The notes below the pieces were generated by a model, which saw only the letters and a program-made list of their open reading frames with translations, did not search any database and was not told the DNA's origin. Below, one piece after another: positions 29,195 through 39,048 of a stretch of DNA of 64,000 bases; positions within the stretch are counted from its first letter, which is position 1; each line of letters begins with the position of its first letter. The DNA lies in the NCBI GenBank assembly GCA_963797245.1, contig CAWCPE010000016.1, positions 69,912-133,911 of the forward strand, written 5' to 3'. The position numbers and the translations under genes were made by a program. Source of the DNA: Terriglobia bacterium (GTDB taxonomy: Bacteria; Acidobacteriota; Terriglobia; Bryobacterales; Bryobacteraceae).

Positions 29195-32100
29195 TTATTG
29201 GCGTTCGGATGCCGGATTCAGGACGGAAGCCAGCACGCGTTCGAGTTCGTACAGGCTGAATGGCTTGGTGACGTAGTCCGTCATGCCCGCGTCCAGGCAG
29301 CGCTCGCGCTGGCCGGTGGGGGAATCGGCGGTGGTGGCGATGATGGGAATGGCGCGGCCGCGCTCGCCCGATGCGCGGATGCGGCGCGTGGTTTCGTAAC
29401 CGTCCATGCCGGGCATCTGGCAATCCATGAAAATGGCGTCGTAGGGACGCTTCGGCCAGGCTTCCACTGTTTCGGCTCCATTGCTTGCCAGGTCGACTTC
29501 GCAGCCGAGCTTGGTGAGCAGACGCTCGGCGAGTCTCTGATTAACGCGATTATCGTCGGCGAGCAGCACCAGGCGGCGAGGAGCGCCGCTGACGACGGTC
29601 TCGTGCGCCGCGTCCAGATTCTGCAGATCTCCGGACATTCCGGCGACTTCGGGCAGCGGGAGCTTGACCCAGAAGGTCGCGCCGTTGCCCGGCTCACTGC
29701 GCAGCCCGACGCTTCCGCCCATCAATTCAGCGAGTTGTTTACAGATGGCGAGGCCCAGGCCGGTGCCGCCGAAGCGCTGGGTGTGTTCGGCTTGCGTGAA
29801 GCGCGTGAACAGAAGAGGCTGCTGTTCGAGCGGAATTCCGATGCCGGAATCGGCCACCGAAATGAGCCATTGGCCGCCGGGCTCGGCGGCGAGACGTTCG
29901 ACTCTGACCAGAACGCGGCCGCGAAGAGTGAATTTGACCGCGTTGCCGATGTAGTTAACCAGAATCTGGCGGACGCGAGTGGCGTCGCCGATCACGTGTC
30001 GCGTGAGCGGAGCGTAATCGAGGCGCAGATCGAGCCCCTTCTGCTGGGCCTTGGGGCGAAGCATCTGGACGCTCTCTTCGACCACGGTTTGCAGATCGAA
30101 CGGTTCAGGCTGGATGGTCATGCGGCCGGCTTCGATTTTGGAAAAATCCAGAATGTCGTTGATGACGGTGAGCAGGCATTCGGCGGAGCCGAGAGCGGCC
30201 TCGGCCCACTCGCGCTGCTCGGTTTCGAGGTCGCTTTCGAGCAGGAGGTGCGTCATGCCGATGACGCCGTTCATGGGCGTGCGGATTTCGTGGCTCATCT
30301 GCGCTAGGAATTCGCTCTTGGCGAGATTGGCGCTTTCGGCGTGCGATTTGGCGTGCGCCAGCTCTTCGGTGCGCTGCGCGATGGCGCGTTCGAGGTGCGC
30401 CTGCTCGCGTTGATGGCGGCGAATATGACGTTTCCAGGCCGCGCGGCCGAGCACGCTCAATAGGGCCCCCAGGATCGACCACGGCCACCAGCGTTGCCAC
30501 AATGCGGGCTGGATGGAGAAGGATAGCCGGGCCGGCTCCGAGCTCCACACGCCGGCCGGATTGCGGGCCGCGACTTCGAAAGTGTAATCGCCCGGCGGCA
30601 GATTCGCGTAGCGGGCTTCGTTCTGCGAGCCTTCCACCCATTTCCGGTCGATATGCGAAAGGCGATAGCGGTACAAGCGGTCGCGATTATTGAACAATGC
30701 GGGAGCGGTGAAGCGAACGGCCAGGTAGCCATCTGAATACGGCGCAACGGTCGCGACACTGGGGTCGATGGGCTTCTCGCCCAGGCGCGCCATGGTCAAA
30801 ACCACCACCGGCGGAGGCGTGGGAGTGGTGGATTTGTGGCGGAAGCGCGAGAGCCCCCGGCTGGTGCCGATCCACACGCTGCCGTCCGAGTCCGCGAAGA
30901 ATGCGTCGGAATCGGTATCGTCCCAGATCAGGCCGTCGGGCTGGCCGTAATGCTTCCAGCCGCTGTTCGACGCTCCGCCGGAAAGATAATCCACGCCGGA
31001 GTCGGTCCCCGACCAGATGGAACCCTCCGCGTCGGTTCCCAGAAAAACGACCTGGTTCGAATGCAGGCCGTTATCCGTAGAAACGTGTTCGATATTCCAG
31101 CCGGACCCCTTCGGGGTGAGATGGGACAACCCCAGAGGGTCGCGATAGCTGATCCACAGCGAGCCATCGCGGCCGGCGGTCAAGGTTGCGAGCGAATCGG
31201 TACGCAGTCCGTCGTGGCTGGTCAGGCGGACCCAGCGGCCGTGATCGTAGCCGGCCAGTCCTCCGCTGCCCGCGGCCCACACGCGGCCTTTCGGATCGAT
31301 GGTAATGGAGTTGAAGAACTCGGCTGCAGTCACTCCGGGAACCGGTTGCGCCTCAAGCACCGGCATCGCCTGGCCCAGCGGCGCGGTGCTCCGGTACAGC
31401 GCGCCGCGCGAGGTGACCCATAGATAGTTTTCCTGGTCGACGGCCAGTTGTGGTTTGAACAACCCTTGGACGCTGGGAACCCGGCGAGCGGCACCGGTCC
31501 GCGGATCGAGCCGCCATAAGCCATGACTGCCGGTGGCGATCCACAAAGTGTTGTCGCGCGAATGCACCATCGACAAAATCATCATTCCGGCGAATTCCGG
31601 CTTGACCTTCCAATGCGACGGAGACGCGAGACCCTTTGCAAACGCGAGCCCGGTCAGCGTGCCCACCCACAGGGTGCCCTGCGCATCGCGATGAATCGAC
31701 CAGATGGCTTCGTGCGGGAGTCCCTCCGGGTTGCCCCAGCTCTCCCACTCGGAGGATCCCAGCCATCGTTCGAGCCCCAGGCCAGCCATGCCCACCCACA
31801 CCGATCCTTCCCGATCCGCGACCAGAGCGGAGGTGTCGCCGCGCACCAGACCGGATGCGCTGTCGATCGTCTTCCATGACTTGTGATCCCAGCGGCACAG
31901 CCCGTTCGATGCCGAAATGATCACTTCGCCGCCGCTGGTCACTTCGATCGCCGGATCGCCCAGGAATGGACCGCTCTTTTGGGGTGGCGCGGGCAGCGCC
32001 TCAAATGTCTGCGCGCCGCTGCGCCTGACCCAGACAGCGTCATCGGCGAGTATCCATAAATTGTGCTGGCTATCCGCGTGAAGGGAACGCCAGACCAAAC

Positions 32101-32695
32101 GGGGCAGCTCCGGCGCGACCGCGGCCAGGCGGCCGTTATCGAGGGTGCACAGCCGCTCACCGCAGGCGGCCCAGACCGCACCATCCGGATCGCGATAAAC
32201 GGCGTGGACCGCGTGGTACTCTCCCGCCCAGAGTGCCAGTCCGTCCTGGCGCACCAGGCCGTTGGTGGTGGCGATATAAAGAACGCCGCTCGCATCGGTC
32301 ACCATCCCCTGCCGCCGCGAGGTGGTGTGACTCGAGCCAGAGAACGGGACCGTCTTGAAACGATGGCCGTCGAATCGTGCGATGCCTTCTGGTGTCGCGG
32401 CGAACACTGCGCCCTGCGGATCGGCGTACAGGCTGTCGACGCGGGCGCTGGGAAGTCCCTGTGGGATGCTGAACGGCTCGAAACGCGTTCCATCGTAACG
32501 GAACAGCCCGTTCTGAGTGCCCACCCACAGAAATCCCGTGGAATCCTGCGCCATGGAGATCGGCACCAGGTTTCCGAGACCGTCGGCCTGTCCGTAAAGC
32601 TGGAAGGTGTAGCGCTGCGCCGCGCAGAGTCCGGCCGCCGCGAGCAAAACCGCAGGCAGGCTGGTACTGCGCGCCGACAAGTAATGGTGTGGCAA
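29195..32695 (-). CDS. Hybrid sensor histidine kinase/response regulator with periplasmic beta-propeller (two-component regulator propeller / Y_Y_Y) sensor
   Basis: Repeated GLxxxxVxxxxxDxxGxxWxGT propeller motifs, a TM segment, H-box [19 protein letters not shown], the HATPase region, and receiver [10 protein letters not shown]...[13 protein letters not shown]. Confidence 0.85.
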   Translation of the reverse strand: MPHHYLSARSTSLPAVLLAAAGLCAAQRYTFQLYGQADGLGNLVPISMAQDSTGFLWVGTQNGLFRYDGTRFEPFSIPQGLPSARVDSLYADPQGAVFAATPEGIARFDGHRFKTVPFSGSSHTTSRRQGMVTDASGVLYIATTNGLVRQDGLALWAGEYHAVHAVYRDPDGAVWAACGERLCTLDNGRLAAVAPELPRLVWRSLHADSQHNLWILADDAVWVRRSGAQTFEALPAPPQKSGPFLGDPAIEVTSGGEVIISASNGLCRWDHKSWKTIDSASGLVRGDTSALVADREGSVWVGMAGLGLERWLGSSEWESWGNPEGLPHEAIWSIHRDAQGTLWVGTLTGLAFAKGLASPSHWKVKPEFAGMMILSMVHSRDNTLWIATGSHGLWRLDPRTGAARRVPSVQGLFKPQLAVDQENYLWVTSRGALYRSTAPLGQAMPVLEAQPVPGVTAAEFFNSITIDPKGRVWAAGSGGLAGYDHGRWVRLTSHDGLRTDSLATLTAGRDGSLWISYRDPLGLSHLTPKGSGWNIEHVSTDNGLHSNQVVFLGTDAEGSIWSGTDSGVDYLSGGASNSGWKHYGQPDGLIWDDTDSDAFFADSDGSVWIGTSRGLSRFRHKSTTPTPPPVVVLTMARLGEKPIDPSVATVAPYSDGYLAVRFTAPALFNNRDRLYRYRLSHIDRKWVEGSQNEARYANLPPGDYTFEVAARNPAGVWSSEPARLSFSIQPALWQRWWPWSILGALLSVLGRAAWKRHIRRHQREQAHLERAIAQRTEELAHAKSHAESANLAKSEFLAQMSHEIRTPMNGVIGMTHLLLESDLETEQREWAEAALGSAECLLTVINDILDFSKIEAGRMTIQPEPFDLQTVVEESVQMLRPKAQQKGLDLRLDYAPLTRHVIGDATRVRQILVNYIGNAVKFTLRGRVLVRVERLAAEPGGQWLISVADSGIGIPLEQQPLLFTRFTQAEHTQRFGGTGLGLAICKQLAELMGGSVGLRSEPGNGATFWVKLPLPEVAGMSGDLQNLDAAHETVVSGAPRRLVLLADDNRVNQRLAERLLTKLGCEVDLASNGAETVEAWPKRPYDAIFMDCQMPGMDGYETTRRIRASGERGRAIPIIATTADSPTGQRERCLDAGMTDYVTKPFSLYELERVLASVLNPASERQ

Positions 32696-32769
32696 GGGCT
32701 TATCTATCTATCGCTCATTCCGGCCCGGCGCTTTAGGGAGAATGCGGGAAACTGGTTATACTTCGTAGC

Positions 32770-34218
32770 GTGACTGCGCCCCGTTTTGACTTGATCGCCG
32801 CCGCCCGGCGGGAGATGATCGAACACGGCTTCGATCCCGATTTTCCTAAAGGCGTCGACCAGCAGATTGCCCAGATCCGCACGCGCCATCCCGAAGCCGG
32901 ATTGCGCGATCTTCGAAATCTGCCGTGGTCGTCAATCGATAACGACACCTCTCGGGACCTCGACCAGATCGAAGTGGCCGAGCGTACGGGTGACGATATT
33001 CGCGTGCGAGTGGCCATTGCCGATGTGGATGCGTCGGTGGACACGCGTACGCCGATCGACCGGCACGCGTCGGATCAGACCACGACGGTGTATACCGGCG
33101 TTAAGAATTTTTCGATGCTGCCGGACGAGCTTTCGACCGGCCTCACTTCGTTGAACGAAGGCGAAGACCGCTCGGCCATGGTGATCGAATACACGGTCGC
33201 GAAGGACGGATCGATCGGCTCTCCCGACATTTACCGGGCGCTGGTGCGCAATCACGCGCAACTGGCTTATAACGCGGTTGGCGCGTGGCTCGAATCGAAC
33301 GCGGATGCGCCTGCCAAGCTGGCTGCGTCGGCGGAGTTGCAGGCGCAGTTGAAATTGCAGGATGAAGCGTCCGAGGTGTTGTGCGCGGCCCGGCACCAGC
33401 TGGGTGCGCTGGATTTCGATCGCGTGGAAGCGGAAGCCGTCGTCTCCGATGGTGAGGTCGAGGATGTCAGAGCGCGCCAGCGCAATCGGGCCACGCGGCT
33501 GATCGAGGATTTCATGATCGCGGCGAATCACGTGATGGCGCAAACGCTTTCGCGCGCGGGAGTGTCCAGCATCCGGCGCGTGGTGAAAACGCCGGAACGC
33601 TGGCCGAGGATCGCCGCGCTGGCGCAGCAATACGGGCAAAAGCTGCCGGCCGAAGCCGATTCCGGCGCGCTGAACACGTTTCTCCAGACGATTCAACACA
33701 AGGATCCCGACCATTACCAGGACATTTCCCTGGCCGTGATCAAGCTGATGGGACCCGGCGAATACGTGCTCGCCCGCAGCGGCGCCGATGCCCCCGGCCA
33801 TTTTGCGCTCGCGGTACAGGATTACACGCATTCGACCGCGCCGAATCGCCGGTTCGCGGATCTTGTCACGCAGCGCCTGGTGAAGGCTGTGCTGGCGCGC
33901 CGGGCGGCGCCCTACGCGGATGGAGAACTGGATGCGATCGCGACCAACTGCACCGAAAAAGAACACGCGGCGACCAAGGTGGAGCGCAAAATGGGCAAGC
34001 GGATCGCCGCCGTCGCGCTCCATTCGCGGATTGGCCAGACCTTTCGCGGGATCGTCACCGGGAATACTGCGAAAGGAGTCTTCGTGCGCATCGACGCGCC
34101 GCCGGCGGAAGGAATGCTGGTGCGCGGGGAACAGGGCGTCGACGTCGGCGACGTCCTCCGCGTCAAGCTGGTGAACACGGACCCGCATCGCGGCTACATC
34201 GATTTCGCGCGCGCGTAG
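32770..34218 (+). CDS. RNB-domain ribonuclease (RNase II/R family) with C-terminal S1-like domain
   Basis: WSSIDNDTSRDLDQIEVAE...TTVYTG...RLIEDFMIAANHVMA...HFALAVQDYTHSTAPNRRFADLVTQR are RNB catalytic blocks. The C-terminal FRGIVTGNTAKGVFVRI is S1-like. Confidence 0.8.
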   Translation: MTAPRFDLIAAARREMIEHGFDPDFPKGVDQQIAQIRTRHPEAGLRDLRNLPWSSIDNDTSRDLDQIEVAERTGDDIRVRVAIADVDASVDTRTPIDRHASDQTTTVYTGVKNFSMLPDELSTGLTSLNEGEDRSAMVIEYTVAKDGSIGSPDIYRALVRNHAQLAYNAVGAWLESNADAPAKLAASAELQAQLKLQDEASEVLCAARHQLGALDFDRVEAEAVVSDGEVEDVRARQRNRATRLIEDFMIAANHVMAQTLSRAGVSSIRRVVKTPERWPRIAALAQQYGQKLPAEADSGALNTFLQTIQHKDPDHYQDISLAVIKLMGPGEYVLARSGADAPGHFALAVQDYTHSTAPNRRFADLVTQRLVKAVLARRAAPYADGELDAIATNCTEKEHAATKVERKMGKRIAAVALHSRIGQTFRGIVTGNTAKGVFVRIDAPPAEGMLVRGEQGVDVGDVLRVKLVNTDPHRGYIDFARA

Positions 34219-34309
34219 CCTAACGAGTTTTTTGCTAGACTGCAAAGATTTCGGACGTGCTCCGCGCCCCTGAAAGTGATCCGCAGATTATTGATTTCAC
34301 GAGAGCCGC

Positions 34310-34397
34310 GGACGGCGGATTTCAATCCGCGTGGCGCTTCAGCGCCGCTGTACGGAAGCGAGGCTGAAGCCTCGCGCGGGCTCGAAGCCCGCCGTCC
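34310..34397. repeat. Multi-hairpin palindromic repeat, family C copy 1
   Basis: GGACGGCGGA...CCCGCCGTCC contains four short hairpins with TTCA/TGAA-type loops. A second copy lies at 41862-41952, with compensatory stem changes. Confidence 0.8.
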
Positions 34398-34442
34398 AGG
34401 GTACTTTCATCCGTCAACGATCATCCGAAAGATCATCGCCAA

Positions 34443-34505
34443 CTTGCTGACGCGCGCGGTTCCGCAGGGCGCCAAACAGAACCGCGACCGTCAGGGAGCG
34501 GAGCA
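34443..34505. repeat. Palindromic repeat, family D copy (GAACCGCGACCGTCAGGGAGCGGAGC type)
   Basis: Imperfect hairpin whose right arm CAGAACCGCGACCGTCAGGGAGCGGAGC closely matches 49717-49742 and is related to the arms at 49579-49603 and 46091-46175. Confidence 0.65.
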
Positions 34506-34522
34506 CGTCCGGGATGGCCCCG

Positions 34523-34951
34523 TTATTCCACGCGGATCAAGATCGGCGTCCGTGGATCGGGCGGAGGCTCTGTGGTCCCTTTGATTTCCGCTTCGCCATC
34601 CAGAGCGTGGCCTTCCAATCGATAGGATTTGTTCGCCTCGCGCACTTCGATGCGGCCGCCGCTCACTACGCCGCGGACATCCACTTTGGTCGCACCAGGT
34701 GTGAAGCCGACACGTTTGATCGCGTCCCAGACTTGTTCGACGCCGATGCGATTTTCAGGCGCCAGGTCCAGCCGGACGGTCGCGGCCTTATAATCGACTT
34801 CTACGTTCTCCACGCCGCGCATCCGCTTGAGAATCGACCCGAGCGATTCCGAGCAGGATTCGCAATTCATGTCGCGCACCGACACCTGGACGTGCAGAAA
34901 TTCGGCGTGAATCACGCACACGCTGATCAGCAGTAAAATAGCCACGCGCAT
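34523..34951 (-). CDS. Secreted heavy-metal-associated (HMA, MerP-like) domain protein
   Basis: Start chosen at MRVAILLLISVCVIHA (signal-like). HMA fold follows, with CxxC in VSVRDMNCESCSESLGSILKRMRGVENVEV. The upstream part of the track ORF overlaps the divergent gene start region. Confidence 0.65.
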   Translation of the reverse strand: MRVAILLLISVCVIHAEFLHVQVSVRDMNCESCSESLGSILKRMRGVENVEVDYKAATVRLDLAPENRIGVEQVWDAIKRVGFTPGATKVDVRGVVSGGRIEVREANKSYRLEGHALDGEAEIKGTTEPPPDPRTPILIRVE

Positions 34952-34979
34952 GACGCTCACGCTAGAATAACGAAATCCG

Positions 34980-36980
34980 ATGGCAAAGAAGAAGCGCCCT
35001 GCGGCGGTACCGGAAAGCTTGGGCGCTCGGCCGGCTCTTTCGCCGAAACTGATCTGGCCCGGCTTCGCGGTGCTGATCATCCTGTTCTTCTGGACTCCGC
35101 TGTTCGACGATCAGGCCAGCATTCAGTGGGATATGGCGGATGTCCACTACTCGGCGCAGAAATATTTTGAACAGTCGCTGCGCTCCACGGGTTTTCCGCG
35201 CTGGACGCCATTCGAATTCTCCGGGTTTCCGTTCCTGGCCGATCCGCAGACGGCCGCGTGGTATCCGCTGCACTGGCCGTTTTTCCTGATCGGAATCACC
35301 CCTCGGGCGATGGAGTGGGAACTGGCGCTGCACGCGTTTCTGGCACTGGGCGGAATGTTTCTGCTGGCGCGAAAGTTTCTGCGCAACACCAGCGCCGCTC
35401 TGGTCGCCGCGGTGTTTTACGCGTTCGGGGGATTTTTCGCCGGCCACAGCTCGCATCTGGGGATCTTCGAAACCGCGGCTCTGTTCCCATGGCTGCTGTG
35501 GGCCGCGGCGCTCGCGATCGAGACCGGCGCGATTCGGGAAATGCTTCTGACTGGGATGATCGCAGGCCTGGTGATCCTGGCGGGGCATTTTCAGACCGCG
35601 CTGTATGCATTTTTCGCGCTGGCTCTATTCGTCGCAGGGAGTCGCGGCCCGATGCTGAGGCGCGGGCTGGTTCTGGTCGCGGCGGGTGTGGCCGGATTGC
35701 TTCTGAGCGCGGTCCAAACCCTTCCGGCCCTCGAACTGGCCGTTCAGTCCGGACGTGCGGGACTCAGTTATCGTTCGACCACCAACGCGCCGCTGATTCC
35801 GGGCGCGCTGGCGACTCTGGTGGACCCCAATTTTTACGGCGTCATTCGGGGCGATTATAAAGGTCCCGCCGATATCACTCAGTTTTACCTTTACGGCGGA
35901 TTGCTGCTGCTGCCTCTGGCCATCGCGGGCTTCATCCGCCGGACCTCCCTGGCGATTCCCGCGGTTCTGATCGCGATTCCGCTGTGGTATTCATTTGGCC
36001 CGAAAACCGGGCTCTACGACGCGCTTACGCTGTTACCGGGATTCGGAAGCGTGCGCGCGCCGGTGCACATCTGGTTTGTGATTGCGCTCGGCCTGGCGCT
36101 GGCCGCGGGGCTCGGATTCATGCTCCTTGTCGAGCGGGTTCGCAAGCCGTGGCTGGCGGTGGTCGTGATCGCGTTTTCGATCGGCGACCTGTGGTACTGG
36201 AACATGTCGTCGAATCCGCTGACCTACGCGCGCATGAGTTATGCGGAGCGTTATGGGAACGCGTTCGATCGTTACCAAGCCTACATTGCGCCGGTCAAAC
36301 AGCGGCCGTTTTATCGCATCTGGTCGCCCTATGCGACCAATTCGTTCGGACCGATGAACAGCTCGCTCGAATCGCGCACGGAAGTTACTTATGGATACAA
36401 TCCTTTGGAGCTCGGGCGCTATGGCGAATACCTGGGCGCCAGCAACCAAAACCCGAAGCTGCTGAACGGTCTGGCGGTGACGCATAAAATCGATGTGTCC
36501 CACGGCACTTTGACGGAGAATCCCGAGGCGCTCCCGAGGGTTTCCGTTCCGCCGGAGGTCGCCTTCGTGCCGAACGCGGATGCGGCCAAAAGCATGCTGC
36601 CGACGCTCGATCCGGCGCTAAAAGCCATTGTCGAAGGACCTGCGCAAGCGCTTTCGCCCTCCGGTGCGCGCGCGGAGATCGTCAATTATGAGGACGATTT
36701 CTATCGCATCCGCTTCTCTGCCGCAGCAGATTGCCTGGTGCGGATCGCCGTGCCGTATTATCCGGGGTGGTCGGCCGCCATCGACGGGCATCCGGCGGAC
36801 GTACTGCCGGTCGATTATGCCCTGATGGGAGTGATCGTTCCTGCGGGTAAGCACGAACTGACAGTGCGGTTTCGATCCCGCTGGCTGGCCTTAGGCGCCA
36901 CCCTAAGCGTGGTCTCGCTAGGGGTAATCCTCGGAATGTTGCTTCTGGGCAGTTCAGTTTTCGCGCGATGCAGCCGATAA
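34980..36980 (+). CDS. Polytopic membrane protein, YfhO-like / glycosyltransferase-like
   Basis: 666 aa with many hydrophobic segments in the first two thirds and a soluble C-terminal part ending in a TM segment. Overall architecture resembles the YfhO family. Assignment is from memory. Confidence 0.45.
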   Translation: MAKKKRPAAVPESLGARPALSPKLIWPGFAVLIILFFWTPLFDDQASIQWDMADVHYSAQKYFEQSLRSTGFPRWTPFEFSGFPFLADPQTAAWYPLHWPFFLIGITPRAMEWELALHAFLALGGMFLLARKFLRNTSAALVAAVFYAFGGFFAGHSSHLGIFETAALFPWLLWAAALAIETGAIREMLLTGMIAGLVILAGHFQTALYAFFALALFVAGSRGPMLRRGLVLVAAGVAGLLLSAVQTLPALELAVQSGRAGLSYRSTTNAPLIPGALATLVDPNFYGVIRGDYKGPADITQFYLYGGLLLLPLAIAGFIRRTSLAIPAVLIAIPLWYSFGPKTGLYDALTLLPGFGSVRAPVHIWFVIALGLALAAGLGFMLLVERVRKPWLAVVVIAFSIGDLWYWNMSSNPLTYARMSYAERYGNAFDRYQAYIAPVKQRPFYRIWSPYATNSFGPMNSSLESRTEVTYGYNPLELGRYGEYLGASNQNPKLLNGLAVTHKIDVSHGTLTENPEALPRVSVPPEVAFVPNADAAKSMLPTLDPALKAIVEGPAQALSPSGARAEIVNYEDDFYRIRFSAAADCLVRIAVPYYPGWSAAIDGHPADVLPVDYALMGVIVPAGKHELTVRFRSRWLALGATLSVVSLGVILGMLLLGSSVFARCSR

Positions 36981-36987
36981 ACCGAGT

Positions 36988-37857
36988 GTGGTTCGACTCT
37001 CAGAAACGGAACCGTTAGCGGCGCCCGCGGCGGACGACTTAAAGCGTAAAGCATTGCATTCATTGGGAGAATTGCCACCGTTTTCGTCAGTTCTCACCCG
37101 TCTTCTGGCTTCCCTGGCAGGAGAAAATGTTTCGTTCTCGAAACTGGGCGATCTGATTGAAAAAGATACGGTGGTGGCTGCAAATCTGCTACACCTGGTA
37201 AATTCGGCGCTGTACGCGCGGCGGGGTACCATCAACTCCGTTCGGCACGCGCTGTCGCTGCTGGGCATCGAAAAGGTCCGGAATGCCGTGCTCGGAATGT
37301 CGATTACGCGCATGTGGAGCAAGGCGCGCATGCCTTCATCGTGGTCCATGGCGCGGTTCAACATGCACTCGGCTTCGACCGCCATTTTGAGCGACCTGCT
37401 GGCCCAACGCCTGGAAGTGGCGTATCCGGAAGGCGCGTTCGCCGCCGGCCTGTTGCATGACGTGGGCCGCCTGATCCTCGCGCTGGCGCTGCCCGATCAC
37501 TATGCGCGCATTGAACTACTGCATGCCACCGGGCGTCCTCGCCTGGACTGCGAAATGGAAGTGCTGGGGTTCACGCATCCGGTGCTGTCGTCAGACGCGC
37601 TGGCCTGCTGGAATCTGCCGGCGGAGATCCGCGTGGCGGTGCTCGACCATCACAATCCTTCGGGCGATCTGGAGTTGAGCCGGCTGCTCGACGCGGCCAA
37701 TCATTATGTGAACTCAACCGGCGCAGCCATTGCGGCAGGCGATCCGGAGTGGAGCGATCCGTCGCTGATCGAGACGCTCGGCCTAAATGACGATATCGGC
37801 GCAGTCCTGCGCGAATTCGCGGCCGAGTACAGCGCCATGTCGGCATTCTTCCGATAA
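36988..37857 (+). CDS. HDOD-domain signalling protein
   Basis: LPPFSSVLTRLLASLAGENVSFSKLGDLIEKDTVVAANLLHLVNSALY...GLLHDVGRLIL is the canonical HDOD pattern. Confidence 0.8.
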   Translation: MVRLSETEPLAAPAADDLKRKALHSLGELPPFSSVLTRLLASLAGENVSFSKLGDLIEKDTVVAANLLHLVNSALYARRGTINSVRHALSLLGIEKVRNAVLGMSITRMWSKARMPSSWSMARFNMHSASTAILSDLLAQRLEVAYPEGAFAAGLLHDVGRLILALALPDHYARIELLHATGRPRLDCEMEVLGFTHPVLSSDALACWNLPAEIRVAVLDHHNPSGDLELSRLLDAANHYVNSTGAAIAAGDPEWSDPSLIETLGLNDDIGAVLREFAAEYSAMSAFFR

Positions 37858-37973
37858 TCCCGCCTTTATTGCGGAGCTTCTTATTACTGGGCTCGAAATC
37901 CTGACGGAGCGGCGGACGCGTCACAGCGGGAAATAGCGGCGTCGTATGTTAAACTGGGGTTCGCCGCATTCGT

Positions 37974-38050
37974 CGGGGCGTGGCTCAGCCTGGTAGAGCG
38001 CCTGGTTCGGGACCAGGAGGCCGGTGGTTCGAATCCACTCGCCCCGACCA
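37974..38050 (+). tRNA. tRNA-Pro (anticodon CGG)
   Basis: Manual cloverleaf: acceptor CGGGGCG/CGCCCCG, D arm GCTC-AGCCTGGTA-GAGC, anticodon arm CCTGG-TTCGGGA-CCAGG (CGG, G37), T arm GGTGG-TTCGAAT-CCACT, discriminator A, encoded CCA. Confidence 0.9.
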
Positions 38051-38190
38051 ATCACCTTCCTTAACTTCCGGTGCGTCCATCCACGGTTCAAGCGGGGACG
38101 CTCACTGCCGCTAATAGCCCGCTCATCTGAAAGTTCGCCGTCGATCCCGCCCATCCATGGTAATTAAGTCCTGGGGAATTGGGATAGCCT

Positions 38191-38946
38191 GTGGCTTTGA
38201 AGACGCTAATCGTGGATGACGAGCCGATTGCGCGGCAGGTTTTGCGCGAGGAACTGGAATCCATGGCCGGCGTAAGAATCGTGGGCGAGGCCGAAAGTGG
38301 CCCGGCTGCGCTGGTGCAGATCGCGCAGCAGAAGCCGGATCTGGTACTGCTCGATCTGCAGATGCCGGAAATGGGCGGTCTGGATGTGGTCCGCAATTTG
38401 CGGAGCGGTCCGCATATTCCAGTGGTGATCATCGTGACCGCGCACGATGCGTACGCAGTGGAGGCGTTTGAAGCCGGCGCGGTCGATTACCTTTTGAAAC
38501 CCGTCCGGCGCCAGCGCCTGGCGGATGCCGTGGAGCGCGCCCGCCGCGTCACCGGATGGCGCGCCGCAGAGAAACTGGCGCACCTGCAGGAAGTATTGGA
38601 TCAACCAGCCAGTACGCGCTCGAAGAAGATCGTCGGCAAACAGGACGAGGAATATTTTCTCCTCAGCACCGATGAAATTCTGGCGTTCCAGGCGGAAGGC
38701 GATATCGTGTGGATCATCACCGCGCGTAAACGTTACATGGCGTCGCTGACACTCAAGGCGATTGAAGAGCGGCTGATCATGTGCGGTTTCCGCCGCATCC
38801 ACCGGAACGCGCTGGTGAACGTCGATCACGTCCGGAAAATGAGCGTGCTGAGCAGCCAGCGCTGGCTGATCACGCTCAGCAATAACCAGGAAGTGATCGC
38901 CAGCAAACGGTTGGCGCGCAGCATCCGCGCCCTGCTGGAACCGTGA
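38191..38946 (+). CDS. LytTR/AlgR-family response regulator
   Basis: GTG start. Receiver LIVDDEPIARQVL...LVLLDLQMPEMGG...DYLLKP. C-terminal LytTR domain (ILAFQAEGDIVWIITARKRY...RIHRNALVNVDHV). Confidence 0.85.
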   Translation: MALKTLIVDDEPIARQVLREELESMAGVRIVGEAESGPAALVQIAQQKPDLVLLDLQMPEMGGLDVVRNLRSGPHIPVVIIVTAHDAYAVEAFEAGAVDYLLKPVRRQRLADAVERARRVTGWRAAEKLAHLQEVLDQPASTRSKKIVGKQDEEYFLLSTDEILAFQAEGDIVWIITARKRYMASLTLKAIEERLIMCGFRRIHRNALVNVDHVRKMSVLSSQRWLITLSNNQEVIASKRLARSIRALLEP

Positions 38947-39048
38947 CACAAGTCCGCTTGTTTCCATCCTTAGTCCAGTCACCGTTATTTTAAGTTCAGT
39001 GGTCGAAATGTTCTAGGACGTGATGAAATTTTCACCCAGAATCGAGGA

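Noticed and set aside
37921-38154. 77-aa minus-strand ORF
   Set aside because: It overlaps the tRNA-Pro gene on the opposite strand.
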